NCBI GenBank assembly: GCA_951406725.2
Contig: OX597832.1
Location: forward strand, 33,790,001-33,854,000
DNA length: 64,000 nucleotides
Direction of reading: 5' to 3'
From: Octopus vulgaris
Taxonomy: Eukaryota
This document shows, piece after piece, positions 40,430-52,934 of this stretch. The translations under genes were made by a program, and so were the position numbers. Every line of letters begins with the position of its first letter. Positions within the stretch are counted from its first letter, which is position 1. The notes under the pieces were generated by a model. That model searched no databases. It saw nothing but the letters and a program-made list of their open reading frames with translations, and was not told the origin of the DNA.

Positions 40430-41365
40430 ATTTTGTCATTCATCATCTAGAGAATATTTCAATTGCGAGACCGAGACAAAGAGAAATAAATTGATTCTGT
40501 GGTTCAGCAAACAACGTTGGCAGTATTTTGAAAAAGAAAAACTGAAATCCAACGCTGGGAAAAAAGCGCCACTTGGTTTTTAAAGTCTGAAACTGTCTTT
40601 CAAACAAAAACGCTTGCAACAACCCCTTCCTAAAAATAAGAAAATCAAAACAACACTCAAACACGTTCACGCCCATCTAAACTCCAGAACCATCTCCCCT
40701 ACCAAAATCTGATCAACACACTCTCCAAAGGGTTCAAATTTACAACCCCTACCCCAAACGTCGCAACTACAACGAAATGAAAGAATATGTTGCGGAATTC
40801 TGTAGAAAACTACGACTCGCGGACAAATATGACGAGGACGAATTGTTAGCCATAAATAGATGTAACTACACCCCCATCAGAAGGTAAGAACAAAATTCTT
40901 CATCATTTCTCTGAACACTTTAGGAATTACCTACATCAACATATACACAGACAAAAATACAATCCAAACTTCAGCAAGAAAGAATGGGCTGAGCTGAACT
41001 GATTAGAGGATGATAAAACAAAAACAATCAAAGAGGCTGATAAAGGAAGTGTAGTAGTCTTAATGGACACAGTATTCTTTGTAACTCTAGCCTAAAAATT
41101 CTGATAAACCTATACAGAGAAGGGCTCACCGAAAAGGAATACGACGATATGATTAACTTGAAAGATAAAAGCCAGTCAATTTTACGGTATTCCTAAGATA
41201 CACAAAAGTTTAAAAAAGTAGTGCATGCAGGGGAGCCACAGACATAATAGCAAAGGTACCTTCACCTAATGACCTCAGACTAGGACGTATGATAGCAGGC
41301 CCCGCATACGAAACTCACCTCTGCAGCAATTATTAGATACCTTCTTAAAACCATTCCTCAAGCAT
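40430..41365 (+). pseudogene. Penelope-like element reverse transcriptase relic
   Basis: LSKGFKFT...EFCRKLRL, NFSKKEW...TIKEADKGSVVVLMDT, FYGIPKIHKS, IAGPAYETH...LKPFLKH, with stops and frameshifts. Confidence 0.9.
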
Positions 41366-42081
41366 TTTTCTGTATTCTTGTAAAGCTACGACCACAACAG
41401 TTCACTTTCCGGTCATTTCACTATTAAAGAAGATTCCACGAACAATTTAATGTGTCAAAGCACTCCTGTATTTTTCTTTTCTTTCTCCTTCTCCCTCTTC
41501 TTTCCCTACTCTTCCTCTTCCTCTTCCTCTTTCATCTCCTCCTCCAGGACATCATCTGCCAGAACATCCCTTTACTAAAAAGGGATAATAGACTGGATCA
41601 AATCCCCCAAACACACACCATCACAAAGAGCATGTTGTTCGTCTGTCGTATGGGTCCATGCAGCCAAAAGCAACAGGGTATCGCTTCTGCACCCACCTTG
41701 CTCGCCAGATTTAAAGTCTGAATGTATGTATGAGAGCGAGAGAGTAAGAGAAAGCTACATAGAGAAGGGAAGAGGGGTAAGAGAGGGAGGAGACAGAAAC
41801 GGAAAGAGAGAGTTAGCATAAGAGGTGTAATAGAAGGGCACATACTTCCAAAGTCTGCGTTCGAAGACTACTTCCAAAGTTACTCACCATAAAACGAGTA
41901 ATGCCTTAATATACAGCATACGTACAGCACTGTACGCACTGAGTTCAAATTCCGCCGACGTCGATTTTACCTTTCGTCCTTTCGGTATCGATAAAGCAAG
42001 TACCAGGTCAAGTACTGGGGTTGATGTAATCAACTAATCCCTTCTCCCAAAATTTCAAGTCTTATGCCTACGGTAGAAAGG

Positions 42082-42200
<119 letters not shown>

Positions 42201-44261
42201 CAGCAGCAGCAGCAGCAGCTTGTTGTTTGCTAGGATTTTATTTTTTATTCCCTGTGTGAAAAAGTGTACTTTACAATGTTTACATAAATATTTGTATAAC
42301 AAACCCTTTGTTTTAGGCGCCATGTTTCAAAGGCATTTTTAACTCCACGCATTTTATCGTATATTTAGTATTTTGTTCTCTTTTTTTTATTTTCATTATT
42401 CTAATTATATAAATTATATTTATGAAGTTATTTAAGTCTTGTTATTTACTTCACTTTTCCATATTTCTTATTCCGATCTGCAACGAAACTTTCAATTAAT
42501 TGAGATTTAATTAAGAGCAATTTTCGTAAATTTAATTTACATTTAATTAACCTAGTAGCTTTTTAAATTTATTCAATTCAAGTCACAGCTTATTCTCCAT
42601 CCCAATCATACATTTCTACGCAGACACATGTGTTCTTTCATTAACAAGATTCAACATTCTATTCTCTTATACACGCCCGGAAACATTTTTTCATACTAAC
42701 GATGTTCCTTTTTTTCTTTTTCTTTTTTGATACATGTTACAGCTTCGATTTTTAAAAACCTATTGAATTTTAAAATAGAGCAATTTTCAGTAGAAATACC
42801 ATATTTGTGTCAACTAATCAGCGATCGCTCTTCTTTTGTTTAGTTAAACAATTGTATCACTCAACTATTTGAATTTTAAACAATATAACGATCTTTTACA
42901 CATCTTAAGACTCCTCCAAATTCTTCTTCTTCTATTCACAATTGTTGCTCTCCTTATTCCAATATTTTCTCTATTACAGTCTTCCGCATTGATTTTACAT
43001 TTATTCCCAGACATTATTTCTCCTTTCTTTCCTGTTCTACTTAAACCGTCGTCTTCTTTCTCTATTTTCAATACTATCGTCTTTTTGGTTCTGTTTTTGC
43101 TTTTTGCTTTCTTTTTTTGTTGTTGTTTCGTTTATGTTTCTGCTGAGGCGTGGTTATGTTGTTACGAAACTGGACCTGTGAACCACGCGGTTTCTGGTTC
43201 AGTTCCACAGCACGACAACTTTGTTCTCTGGCATTTACAATAGGTTCAATAACGACCAATGCATTGTGAATCAAGTTGTTGAGCGAGAATTCAGTGGCAG
43301 CTGTTCGTGTGTGTGTGTGTATGTGTGTATGTATGTGTGTGTGTGTGTATACACAGATATATATACCTACATATATAAATAAATAGACTGATAGATAGGT
43401 AAATAGATAGAGCTATATATGCATCTATGCATACATAATTAAGGATAAAATCAATTAATGATCTTATCAGTGGCCAGCATGTAAAATACCATGCATACAT
43501 ACATATATTCATATACATATATATATATACATATATATATATACATATGCATTTATATATATACATACATACATATATATATATACATATATATACATAC
43601 ATATATATACATATATATATATATATACATATATATACATACATACATACATACATAGATACATAAATATATGACTCCATATCGTAAAATCGAACGCCCT
43701 TCGGACAATGGTTACCACTACCTAGTCCTTGAATTGCCCTAAACCGAATCATCCTACACATGGATTAAGTTACCTTTTGAATTCCTTAGTTGTACGACGC
43801 TTTTGTACTGTTAATAAGATTTCATGCAGTGACGTAGGTATAAAAAATTAAACAAAAAGTTTAAAATGATGTGTATATTTTTTTCTTTCTTCTCTCTCTC
43901 TTGCTTCTACCTTTTCTCTTTTCGAAGAAAAAATGTTTCTCCCAGCGTTCACTGTTTATTCTCTCTAACGACCCATTCGTGTTTGTCTCCGCTGTCATGT
44001 TTTTGTTCCAACTTTGACCTTCCATAAATCCTGAATTTTATTTTAGAATTTATGGGAGCAACTGTCTTTGAAAACTCATATTGTCGTTGAAACTCGAAAT
44101 GACGAGTAGATAGACAATCCGCAACCGATGAAGGGTTCCTTTTCTGAGTTTACTTGTCTTGTTGTCCAAATGCTTTACGTTTGTTTACGTGTTTCATGTT
44201 ATTTGCACATTTGGTGACGTCCTGTACATATATATGCATGTAGATATATGTATATATATAT

Positions 44262-44551
44262 ATCACCGTGACCAACCAGGCTATCAGATGTTGCTACACA
44301 TCGCTTGTCACAATTCGCTTCGCATTGTTTTAGCCTTCAAATGACGCCACCCCGCTGGCTAAACGAGCAGGCCAACAGAAGAAAGAGTGAGAGAAAGTTG
44401 TGGCGAAAGAGTACAGCAGGTATCACCACCACCCCCTGCCGGAGCTTCGTGGAGCTTTAGGTGTTTTCTCTCAATAAACACTCTCAACGCCTGGTCTAGG
44501 AATCGAAACCGCGAGTCCACTGCTCTAACCAATGGGCCATTGCGCCTCCAC
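44262..44551 (-). mobile_element. tRNA-derived SINE (octopus OR-like)
   Basis: Minus strand tggaggcgcaatggcccattggttagagcagtggactcgcgg...tttcgattcc head. Confidence 0.8.
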
Positions 44552-44570
44552 TTATATATATATATATATA

Positions 44571-44730
44571 AGGAGTGGCTGTGTGGTAAGTAGCTTGCTA
44601 ACCAACCTCATGGTTCCGGGTTCAGTTCCACTGCGTGGCATCTTGGGCAAGTGTCTTCTGCTATAGCCCCGGGCCGACCAATGCCTTGTGAGTAGACTTG
44701 GTAGACGGAAACTGAAAGAAGCCTATCGTA

Positions 44731-44804
<74 letters not shown>

Positions 44805-45028
44805 TGTCTTTGTGTGTCTGTGTTTGTCCCCCTAGCATTGCTTGACAACCGATGCTGGTGTGTTTACGTCCCCGTCACTTATCGGTTCGGCAAAAGAGAC
44901 CGATAGAATAAGTACTGGGCTTACAAAGAATAAGTCCCGGGGTCGATTTGCTCGAATAAAGGTGGTGCTCCAGCATAGCCGCAGTCAAATGACTGATACA
45001 AGTAAAAGAGTAAAAGAGTAAAAGAGTA
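44571..45028 (+). mobile_element. Young, near full-length SINE family A with internal (TA)n(TG)n and (agtaaaag)n tail
   Basis: ggagtggctgtgtggtaag head, gggttcagttcc B-box and a well-preserved body. Confidence 0.9.
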
Positions 45029-45036
45029 TATATGTG

Positions 45037-45086
<50 letters not shown>

Positions 45087-45130
45087 GATAGATATATAGA
45101 TAGTTAGATATAATATATATATATATATAT

Positions 45131-45517
45131 TTGAGTAATTGAATGAATTATCTTATTAACGATAATTCGAAAGATAACCGATACCTGGGAAGCAAATTCA
45201 CATCAGATAGAACACGGTTGAAGCTATGTCGCTAGGGCATAGACTACGTGTCTTCGTGCGGAAATTTGTATGTTTATTTTAAAATTATAAGTATCTGAAA
45301 GAATGGAGTTGAACGACTAGTTAACAAATATCTTTTATTCTCGACATATGTTTCGAAGGCTGCATATTCCTAATTCCGAAGGAATAAGGAGTACATTATG
45401 CAGATTTCTCTTCAAAATGCACAAAAATCTTTTAGCTGACGCTCTCAAGGAGCCCATGGCGATATTTGTTAACTAGTCGTTCAACTCCATTCTTTCAGAT
45501 ACTTAAAATTTTAAAAT
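45131..45517 (-). mobile_element. Family H1 fold-back element (sister of 46728-47276) with decayed hammerhead
   Basis: ~45277-45332 is inverted at 45461-45516; minus strand TTGAAGA-gaaatctgcat...atgcagccttc-GAAACATATGTC; shares the CCATGGGCTC motif and ~145-bp tail. Confidence 0.8.
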
Positions 45518-45530
45518 ATATATATATATA

Positions 45531-45818
45531 AGGTTAATCCAAACGGGAAAACAGAAAAAACAACAACACGTGGAACAATTAAAGTATTATTATTAGGCGC
45601 TCAGGAAAAATGGAAGAAGGAGGGTATGACGTTTCGAGCGGATCTCTTCGTCGGAAACATAAGAGAAGGAAGAAAGAAGAAAGAAAGATCCCGATGTGGG
45701 CGAACAGAGGGAAAAAAACGCGACTGGTGTTTACGAAGTACACATGCTGAAAGGCCAGAAGTTTTGGATAACAAGGGCAAAGTAGGTTTTTAAAGCCAAA
45801 AGAGTGGAGACAGGAAGG

Positions 45819-45820
<2 letters not shown>
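45531..45820 (-). mobile_element. Family H2 hammerhead-bearing terminal repeat
   Basis: Minus strand gttt-CCGACGA-agagatccgctc-GAAAC-GTC-atac; flanked by (TA)n. Confidence 0.7.
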
Positions 45821-45856
<36 letters not shown>

Positions 45857-45864
<8 letters not shown>

Positions 45865-46290
45865 AGATAATTGACAATCCAATAATTTAATATAATATTA
45901 AAGATTTTGACAATCCAATAATTTATTTATATTATAATATTACATGATATACAATGAATATAATATAACATTGCTTAATATTGTATAACATAAACAATTA
46001 TTTAAGCCATAAAAGCCCAACAAATTGTTTCGACTGACATATGTTTACATAATAACAGTTCGCTTAGATGGTTTAATAATTGTTTATGTTATATAATATT
46101 ATATTATATCATATTCATAGTATTTCACGTAATATTATAATATAAATAAATTATTGAATTGTGAATAGTATTTCCTTATTTATCTTTATAATTGCGTTAT
46201 ATGAATATTTATATGGTATTCAACTGACGTATCAGTGAATTGGATGTTTAACACACCCCTTTGGAGGATTTCTTTTCCTCAGTTTGCGTG
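45857..46290. mobile_element. AT-rich fold-back module (family H4) with decayed hammerhead and tail
   Basis: ~45905-46010 is inverted at ~46066-46168; minus strand cagtc-GAAACAATTTGTT-gggc; relative at ~47675-47845. Confidence 0.6.
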
Positions 46291-46370
46291 TGTGTATATA
46301 TATATATTAAAAGAATGAGATAAAAAAATCCAAAGCTGTGAATAGTTTTCAAAACATTTATAACGACAAG

Positions 46371-46419
46371 GTCTTACAGATAATTTCCGGGATATTTTAT
46401 ATATCCCTTCATCAGAGAC
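46371..46419 (-). ncRNA. Type-I hammerhead motif with altered stem III (family H3) inside module 46305-46550
   Basis: GTCT-CTGATGA-a-gggatat..atatccc-g-GAAA-ttatct-GTA-AGAC; stems I and II are intact. Confidence 0.6.
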
Positions 46420-46551
46420 GGTGCGAGAAAATGTTTAAGTAATAGTTATTATAGAGAAGATATGAAATACAGAGTGAAGTGTAGGAATGAAAACAGACGT
46501 GAGAAACGTAAGGATATTGTATCTCCAGTTCCATTATTTAAGCAGAATGGC

Positions 46552-46643
<92 letters not shown>

Positions 46644-46788
46644 TGTACCTTGTGTGTGGCTTCCAAGGATGTATGTATATATATATATGTATATGTATAT
46701 GTATATATACACATATATATATATATATATATATTTAGTGTAGGAAGAAATGGAGCTGAACGAAGACTTAACAAAATTCCTTTTTATT

Positions 46789-46874
46789 ATTTTCTACATA
46801 TGTTTCAAAGGCTGCAAAGTCCCTAATTCGGACTGAATAAGGAGTCCATTTTGCAGCCTTCTCTTCAGGAAAAT
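46789..46874 (-). ncRNA. Second copy of the same hammerhead, on the opposite strand
   Basis: Reverse complement of 46986-47071, with one difference in the stem II loop. Confidence 0.85.
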
Positions 46875-46985
46875 CCAGGAACTTAATTCTCCAACAAAAA
46901 GTACAGCAAGCTTTTTTCCATGGGCTCCTCGTGAGCGTTTGTCGAAAAGCTTGCTGTACATTTTGTTGGAGAATTAAGTTCCTGG

Positions 46986-47071
46986 ATTTTCCTGAAGAGA
47001 AGGCTGCAAAATGGACTCCTTATTCAATCCGAATTAGGGACTTTGCAGCCTTTGAAACATATGTAGAAAAT
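46986..47071 (+). ncRNA. Apparently intact type-I hammerhead ribozyme
   Basis: Stem I ATTTTC/GAAAAT, core CTGAAGA (46992-46998), 12-bp stem II GAAGGCTGCAAA/TTTGCAGCCTTT, GAAA, palindromic stem III ACATATGT, cleavage triplet GUA (cut after 47065). Confidence 0.85.
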
Positions 47072-47341
47072 AATAAAAAGGAATTTTGTTAAGTCTTCGT
47101 TCAGCTCCATTTCTTCCTACACTAAATATATAAAACTTCAAATTTCCGCACTAAGGCACGGATTTTAGACCCCATGGTCGTAACCTCAACCGTGCTTTTT
47201 CTGTTGTGATTTTTGCTACCCAGGTATCGGTTATCATTTGAATAATCCGTAATAAGATAATTCATTTATCTACAAATATATATATATATATGTGTGTGTG
47301 TGTGTATATGTATATATAAATATATGTGTATATATATATTA

Positions 47342-47403
<62 letters not shown>

Positions 47404-47419
47404 TATCATTATTATTATT

Positions 47420-47850
47420 ATACATCATTAAAATGGCCAGTGATTACTTTCGATTTAAATTCATTTAGATTAATATTATCAGAGATATATAAAAACATGT
47501 TTCGACTGTTATAGGTCTTCTTTACTCAATTGTTTTCCCCATTCGGTTCTGTTCTTTTTTTGTACTTAAGTATTTCAATTGTTAATGCTGTCGCTCCTAA
47601 ACACAAGTATTTTGAATCAGTATTATGCAATCTGGCAATCGTTTTCCTTGAAATTTTGTCTGTCTTTTTGAACAAAGGCCCTGAAGAATCTTATATACAT
47701 AGATATGAATTATTTATAAATCAAATATTGTATATAAGTCCAAACAAATTGTTGGGTCTCTTTTTTTTAATTAGTTATCTTATCTTACATTGTATAATAT
47801 ATTATATTATAATGTAATAATTTGTTAGATTGTCAATTGTATTTCTCTAT
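47420..47850. mobile_element. Decayed PLE-like termini with two hammerhead remnants in opposite orientation
   Basis: Minus strand cagtc-GAAACATGTT (~47495); plus strand CTGAAGA-atcttatataca...tgtatataagt-cCAAACAAATTGTTggg (~47681-47757). Confidence 0.5.
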
Positions 47851-47988
47851 GTAATGTATTACACTCTCTCTCTCTCACACACACACACACATATGCTAAA
47901 AAAATTAGCAAAGATAAAGAATATTACTCTACTTCCGGTATTCGAGTACTATCTTTTCCAACTTGTTTCGCATTTATAAGCTTACTCT

Positions 47989-48051
<63 letters not shown>

Positions 48052-48124
48052 ATACATATATATATATAAGAGAACAAGATGTACGTTACGCCGCAATAAT
48101 ATATGTATAAAATATATATATATA

Positions 48125-48520
48125 AAATACTAAATGGGACAAGAACGCAAAACATTCAAATAGACGACACAAAAACAGAAGCCTCTAATCTTCAGTCAAG
48201 AACCGGATCGTCCTCGCAATTTCGGCTGATTAATCTTGAGAACGCTCCGATCTGGCCAGCCCCAAGGAAAAACTAAGCTACGAGCATTAGATTTTTTGGA
48301 AAAAGGATCGAATGTATACGAAACAAGGACAGAAAACGGATGATGCCACACGAATATAAAAACAAAAAACAATAATAATAATAACAGGACAAAAACAGCG
48401 GGTGTCTTACGACTTTTGACAGTTCAACTTAGCTTAGCTAAGTTGACGTGGCGGTGGTCAGAAGCCGAAAGGCTTGTAGACCGGCGGTTACGTGAGAGGG
48501 GAAGAGAGAGAAAGAAGGAA
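48125..48520. repeat. Unclassified repeat module flanked by (TA)n
   Basis: GC-richer island between TA runs, with a caacttagc/gctaagttg hairpin. Confidence 0.4.
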
Positions 48521-49169
48521 TTACATATACATATATAAATATATATATATATATATATCAGAATTTTTTGCGTAATGAGATTTGTTACATATTTTTTAGC
48601 CACGAATAATGTAAATAATAATAAGATATGCTATTTAATCTTCAAAATATTCAATAATTAGTAAATTAACGATGAATTAACAAGGTTTCGTCGTTGGTAT
48701 TTAATATTCAGTATGTAAATATTGCATCTATAAAATATGATTTCTAATAGAAATATGGGAACAGCTAAAATGGTACGTTTAGTCTTGATGGAATCCTCGT
48801 CAAGAACTGTGTAGCTTCTTTAACAATTTACGAACGCCCTGCTTATATGTCCACTATTATTGACTGCTACAGTAAATTAAATCGAGAAATTCGATTATTT
48901 ACAGAATCCTTGGTAACTATACGATGCCACTAAGAATTGCAACGTACAGACAGTTATTCGTTCATTTAGTGTACACGACCATGTTGTATAGACCCAATGC
49001 TTATCTTCATGGTAACACACAGTGATGGCTCTCAAATACATATATAAGATCTATAGTTCATTACAGGTTTGTAATTACTGCCCTTAATTACCCTGCAGAT
49101 GCACTTGTAATATGATGTTTCTACTATTTCTGAAACTAGAACGTCTAATAAAAACTAAAGCCCTATGTA

Positions 49170-50585
49170 TGCTGACATTTATCTTCTGTGATTTTATTCA
49201 CGCTTCAATTATTAAACAAATCTTTTATTCTAAAGAATATTGCTATAGAGCTGTCACATAAAAAGTATAATGGAAGGCAAACGATGGCACAACACAAAAA
49301 CCTTAGACAAACAACAGTAGCAAAGTTTCTATACAGTCTTCAGATGTAAAACAGAATCACAAAATTCAAAAGTGAACATACAATGGACGTAAAACGGAAA
49401 TTGCAAAGTTAAATAATTTAAATGCAACTCTATAATAATCACAGGAACAAATCCAAAATTCTTTAAAGCAAAACGAATGACAACAAAATAAGTTTGTAAA
49501 ACTCTTTCAACATTTCACGTTAAAATGGTTTTAGCATTTTTTACATAAATCTTTTTTCACTAAAAGGGAACTTACATAAATCCAACTTTAAAATTACCTC
49601 ACCAACAACAACAACACCATCCAAAATGGAGCCCACAATTCTACCCCATATGTGATAAAAGTACATGGACACTATGAAATATTGAAATTCCGAATCAACC
49701 ACTCACAAAGTACCTAATAAAATAAAACACAATAAAACACAATAAAAGAAGAGGACACCAAATTTAATAACAGACTGATCGCAGGTCCTTCGTCATCTAT
49801 AAAAAAAAAGAGGCAACCGCATGAATAAAACGCAATAATCATGTGATATAATTTAGAGTTATTTCCTTAAATTAAGCAGTAAAAACACTTACATTGAACA
49901 CTAAACTGATACAACGGAGCTCAGTACCAATTGAACATAAAACGTAAATAAAATAAAAATAAACAAATAAATAAATTCTAAATTAATTCACAAAAATATC
50001 AATAAACAAACACCGACATAATTTACAGTTTTTGGCAAATTGATCACAAATAGAAAAGAAGATTCAACGCCAAATACGAGAAATGTGTAAAGAAAAAGAA
50101 AAACAATATGATTATATAAAATAGACGCTTTAATTTACAGCCCTGTAATTTAAAATAATCTCAATTGAATATCAATAGAACACAAGACTTAAACACCAAC
50201 GCCAAACACCAAACAGCAGAATAAGAATAAGATGTATATAGAAAAAATAAAAAGTAATGAAATATATAAACAACCAATAAAATTTACAAAAAAAATTAAA
50301 TTTGTAAAGCGTCAATAAAATTTTACCTAAAATAAAAATACAACTTACGAAGAAAAAATGCAATTTAAGAAAAAAATAATTAAAAGTAGAGAAATGTAAA
50401 GCAAATAAAAGTTACCAAAAAAGGAATGAAATGATAAAAAATAAAATTTTAAAATCTTACACAAAATTGAAGCATATTATACAAAAGAATATTAATGAAC
50501 AGACACGTACTTTACAATTATCCAAAATTTAACACACCAACAAAAACAATACTACTAATAATAATAACAATGATGATAATAATAC

Positions 50586-50642
<57 letters not shown>

Positions 50643-51343
50643 TGATAATAATACTAATAATAATGATGATAATAATAATAATAAAGAAAATAACTGCGGG
50701 CTCAGAACAGTAAAAAATTAAAACACAATGGTGAATGTGCGTATAATTGAACACCGTAAAGAGAATAATAATGATGATGATGATGATGATGATGGTTGGT
50801 GATGATGATGATGATGATGATGATGGCAAAACCAAGAAGAAGTAGAAGAATGACGATAAAATCCAATTGAATATTCATCTGATTAACAGTTTACCAACTG
50901 GAGTAGCGGCTGAGTTCAATACACAATAAATAAATAAATAAATATTCGTGAATGACAAAAATAACTACAAAAAAAGAAATAAGAATGCAAACGCAACAAA
51001 AACAAACCGCCATTGAAGTCATGCAATTTAACAGTTTATCAAATTTTGCAACTGAATGTTGTTCTCCAACTGTCACTTCTTTCGCTCGATTTTATTGCAC
51101 CGGGGTTTTTTGCGCCTTTTTTTCCAATTCTTTTCCGTTTTTGTTGTTTTTTTCCCTCTCACCAGACTGAAAGGATTTTTCTCAATGTTATTGTCTAGTA
51201 AAATGGGAAATATAATATAAATATTTTGTACAAAGACATTTGTGTCGTTAAAAAAAGTGATTTGGGGGATTTTATTTGGATCGTTGGTATTCATTATTAA
51301 ACATAAAACGTAATCGTTATTGACCTGTTGTTGTAGCTTGACT
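49170..51343 (-). other. Candidate terminal exon: short coding end (possibly SQATTTGQ*) plus ~2.1-kb U-rich 3'UTR
   Basis: Minus-strand acceptor ctttttgtctttttctattcattgcaactgttccag| at 51344; TAA at 51319-51317 in phase 0; strongly strand-biased and TE-free; AATAAA signals at ~49193-49198 and ~49224-49229. Confidence 0.45.
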
Positions 51344-51501
51344 CTGGAACAGTTGCAATGAATAGAAAAAGACAAAAAGATCAAAGATATTCCCAACACG
51401 CCCAGATTATTCTCTTCTCTAGGTATATACATACATGTATATATACATATAAACATATATACATATATATATGTGTGTGTGTGTGTGTATTTACAAATGT
51501 G

Positions 51502-51543
<42 letters not shown>

Positions 51544-51887
51544 CGTATATGTATGTGCGTATATACGTATATATATGTATGAATGAATATGTATGTCTCT
51601 GTATGAATGCTCATATATACATATATATAATTATATATATATATATATATATATGTACGTATGTATGTATGTATGTATGTATGTATGTATTCATGTTTGT
51701 ATGTAAGTATGCGTGTAGTATGCAAACGCAATTGTGTCGATTACATGGAAGGATAAATAATTTCTTTGAATAAAATTCAGAAATTCAATTGAACAGCTGT
51801 GAATACAATTATACGAAAGCTATGGCATCAGATTATTGAATTCTATAATGTATACATACACATGTGCATATATATAAAAAAAGAAAA

Positions 51888-51958
<71 letters not shown>

Positions 51959-52514
51959 TGTATGTATTACACATGGTACGCGACCCCACGCCTTTGAGTG
52001 GAATGACAAAAATCGTCTATACCGGTTTAATATTTTGGCTCAAACCCAACAATTTTATGGAAGAAATAGGTAGGTAGGTAGGTAGGTAGGTAGGTCACAT
52101 TAACTCCCAGTGCCCAACTAGTACTTATTTTATCGATTCCGAAAGGATGAATGCCAAATTTGACCAATGCAGAATTTCAACCCAGAAGGTGTGGCCTTAG
52201 GCCTCATCCAGACATCACCAGTTTTGTTTGTGTCCATCCGCGCGTCAGAAAAATTTTTGTTTTTAAACAAACTGGTGTCGCTAGGCAGCTGATGACATCT
52301 TTCACATTACCATCTCACCTGTCTTGATCAATAGCAGTCTGTCTTCCTTGTCTCTCCCCATTCGGTAGTCTAAAGCTTGAGAGAGACGGGCTTCTGTTAG
52401 AGGCCTGCAAAAGTTTTATTCACATAGAACCGAATCAAACTGTTTTAAATTTTATATATGTATGTGTATATGTATATGTATATATATATAATTAAGGATA
52501 ACCTCTTAATAAGG

Positions 52515-52594
<80 letters not shown>

Positions 52595-52899
52595 ATGTGT
52601 GTGTGTGTGTGTGTGTATGTATATATATATATATATATATTAGCCGGTGTATTAGCCGTTGTTTTCAAAGCGATGAATAGTTTTGCCGAAACCATAGTTC
52701 GCCTTGTTTTCTGCCTTTATCATCACCTTATAATCATTTCATAATAATGACTTTTATGACTCTTATGACTACTTCAGTCCATCTAAATGTATATATTTGT
52801 TACTTGTCATAAAAAGCCTTTTTCTATTTGCAATGTGTATTTTCGTTCATATTTTACCCTTACATTTCCACGTGTATTTCATATTTTCTTTTTGTAACA

Positions 52900-52934
<35 letters not shown>

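Larger units (their letters stand above)
46728..47276 (+). mobile_element. Young non-coding fold-back retroelement (family H1): 188-bp inverted arms, 29-nt spacer, ~145-bp tail, inserted in (TA)n
   Basis: 46728-46915 is the reverse complement of 46945-47132, with ~2 mismatches seen by eye. Confidence 0.9.

Noticed and set aside
46918-46944. ctcctcgtg resembles the L3 loop of HDV-like ribozymes
   Set aside because: P3 and P1 pairings cannot be formed, and the sister copy has a different loop (cttga)
44075-48520. CRISPR-like alternation of repeats and unique segments
   Set aside because: The repeats are variable (TA)n and the spacers are 200-550-bp TE fragments; eukaryotic context with no cas genes
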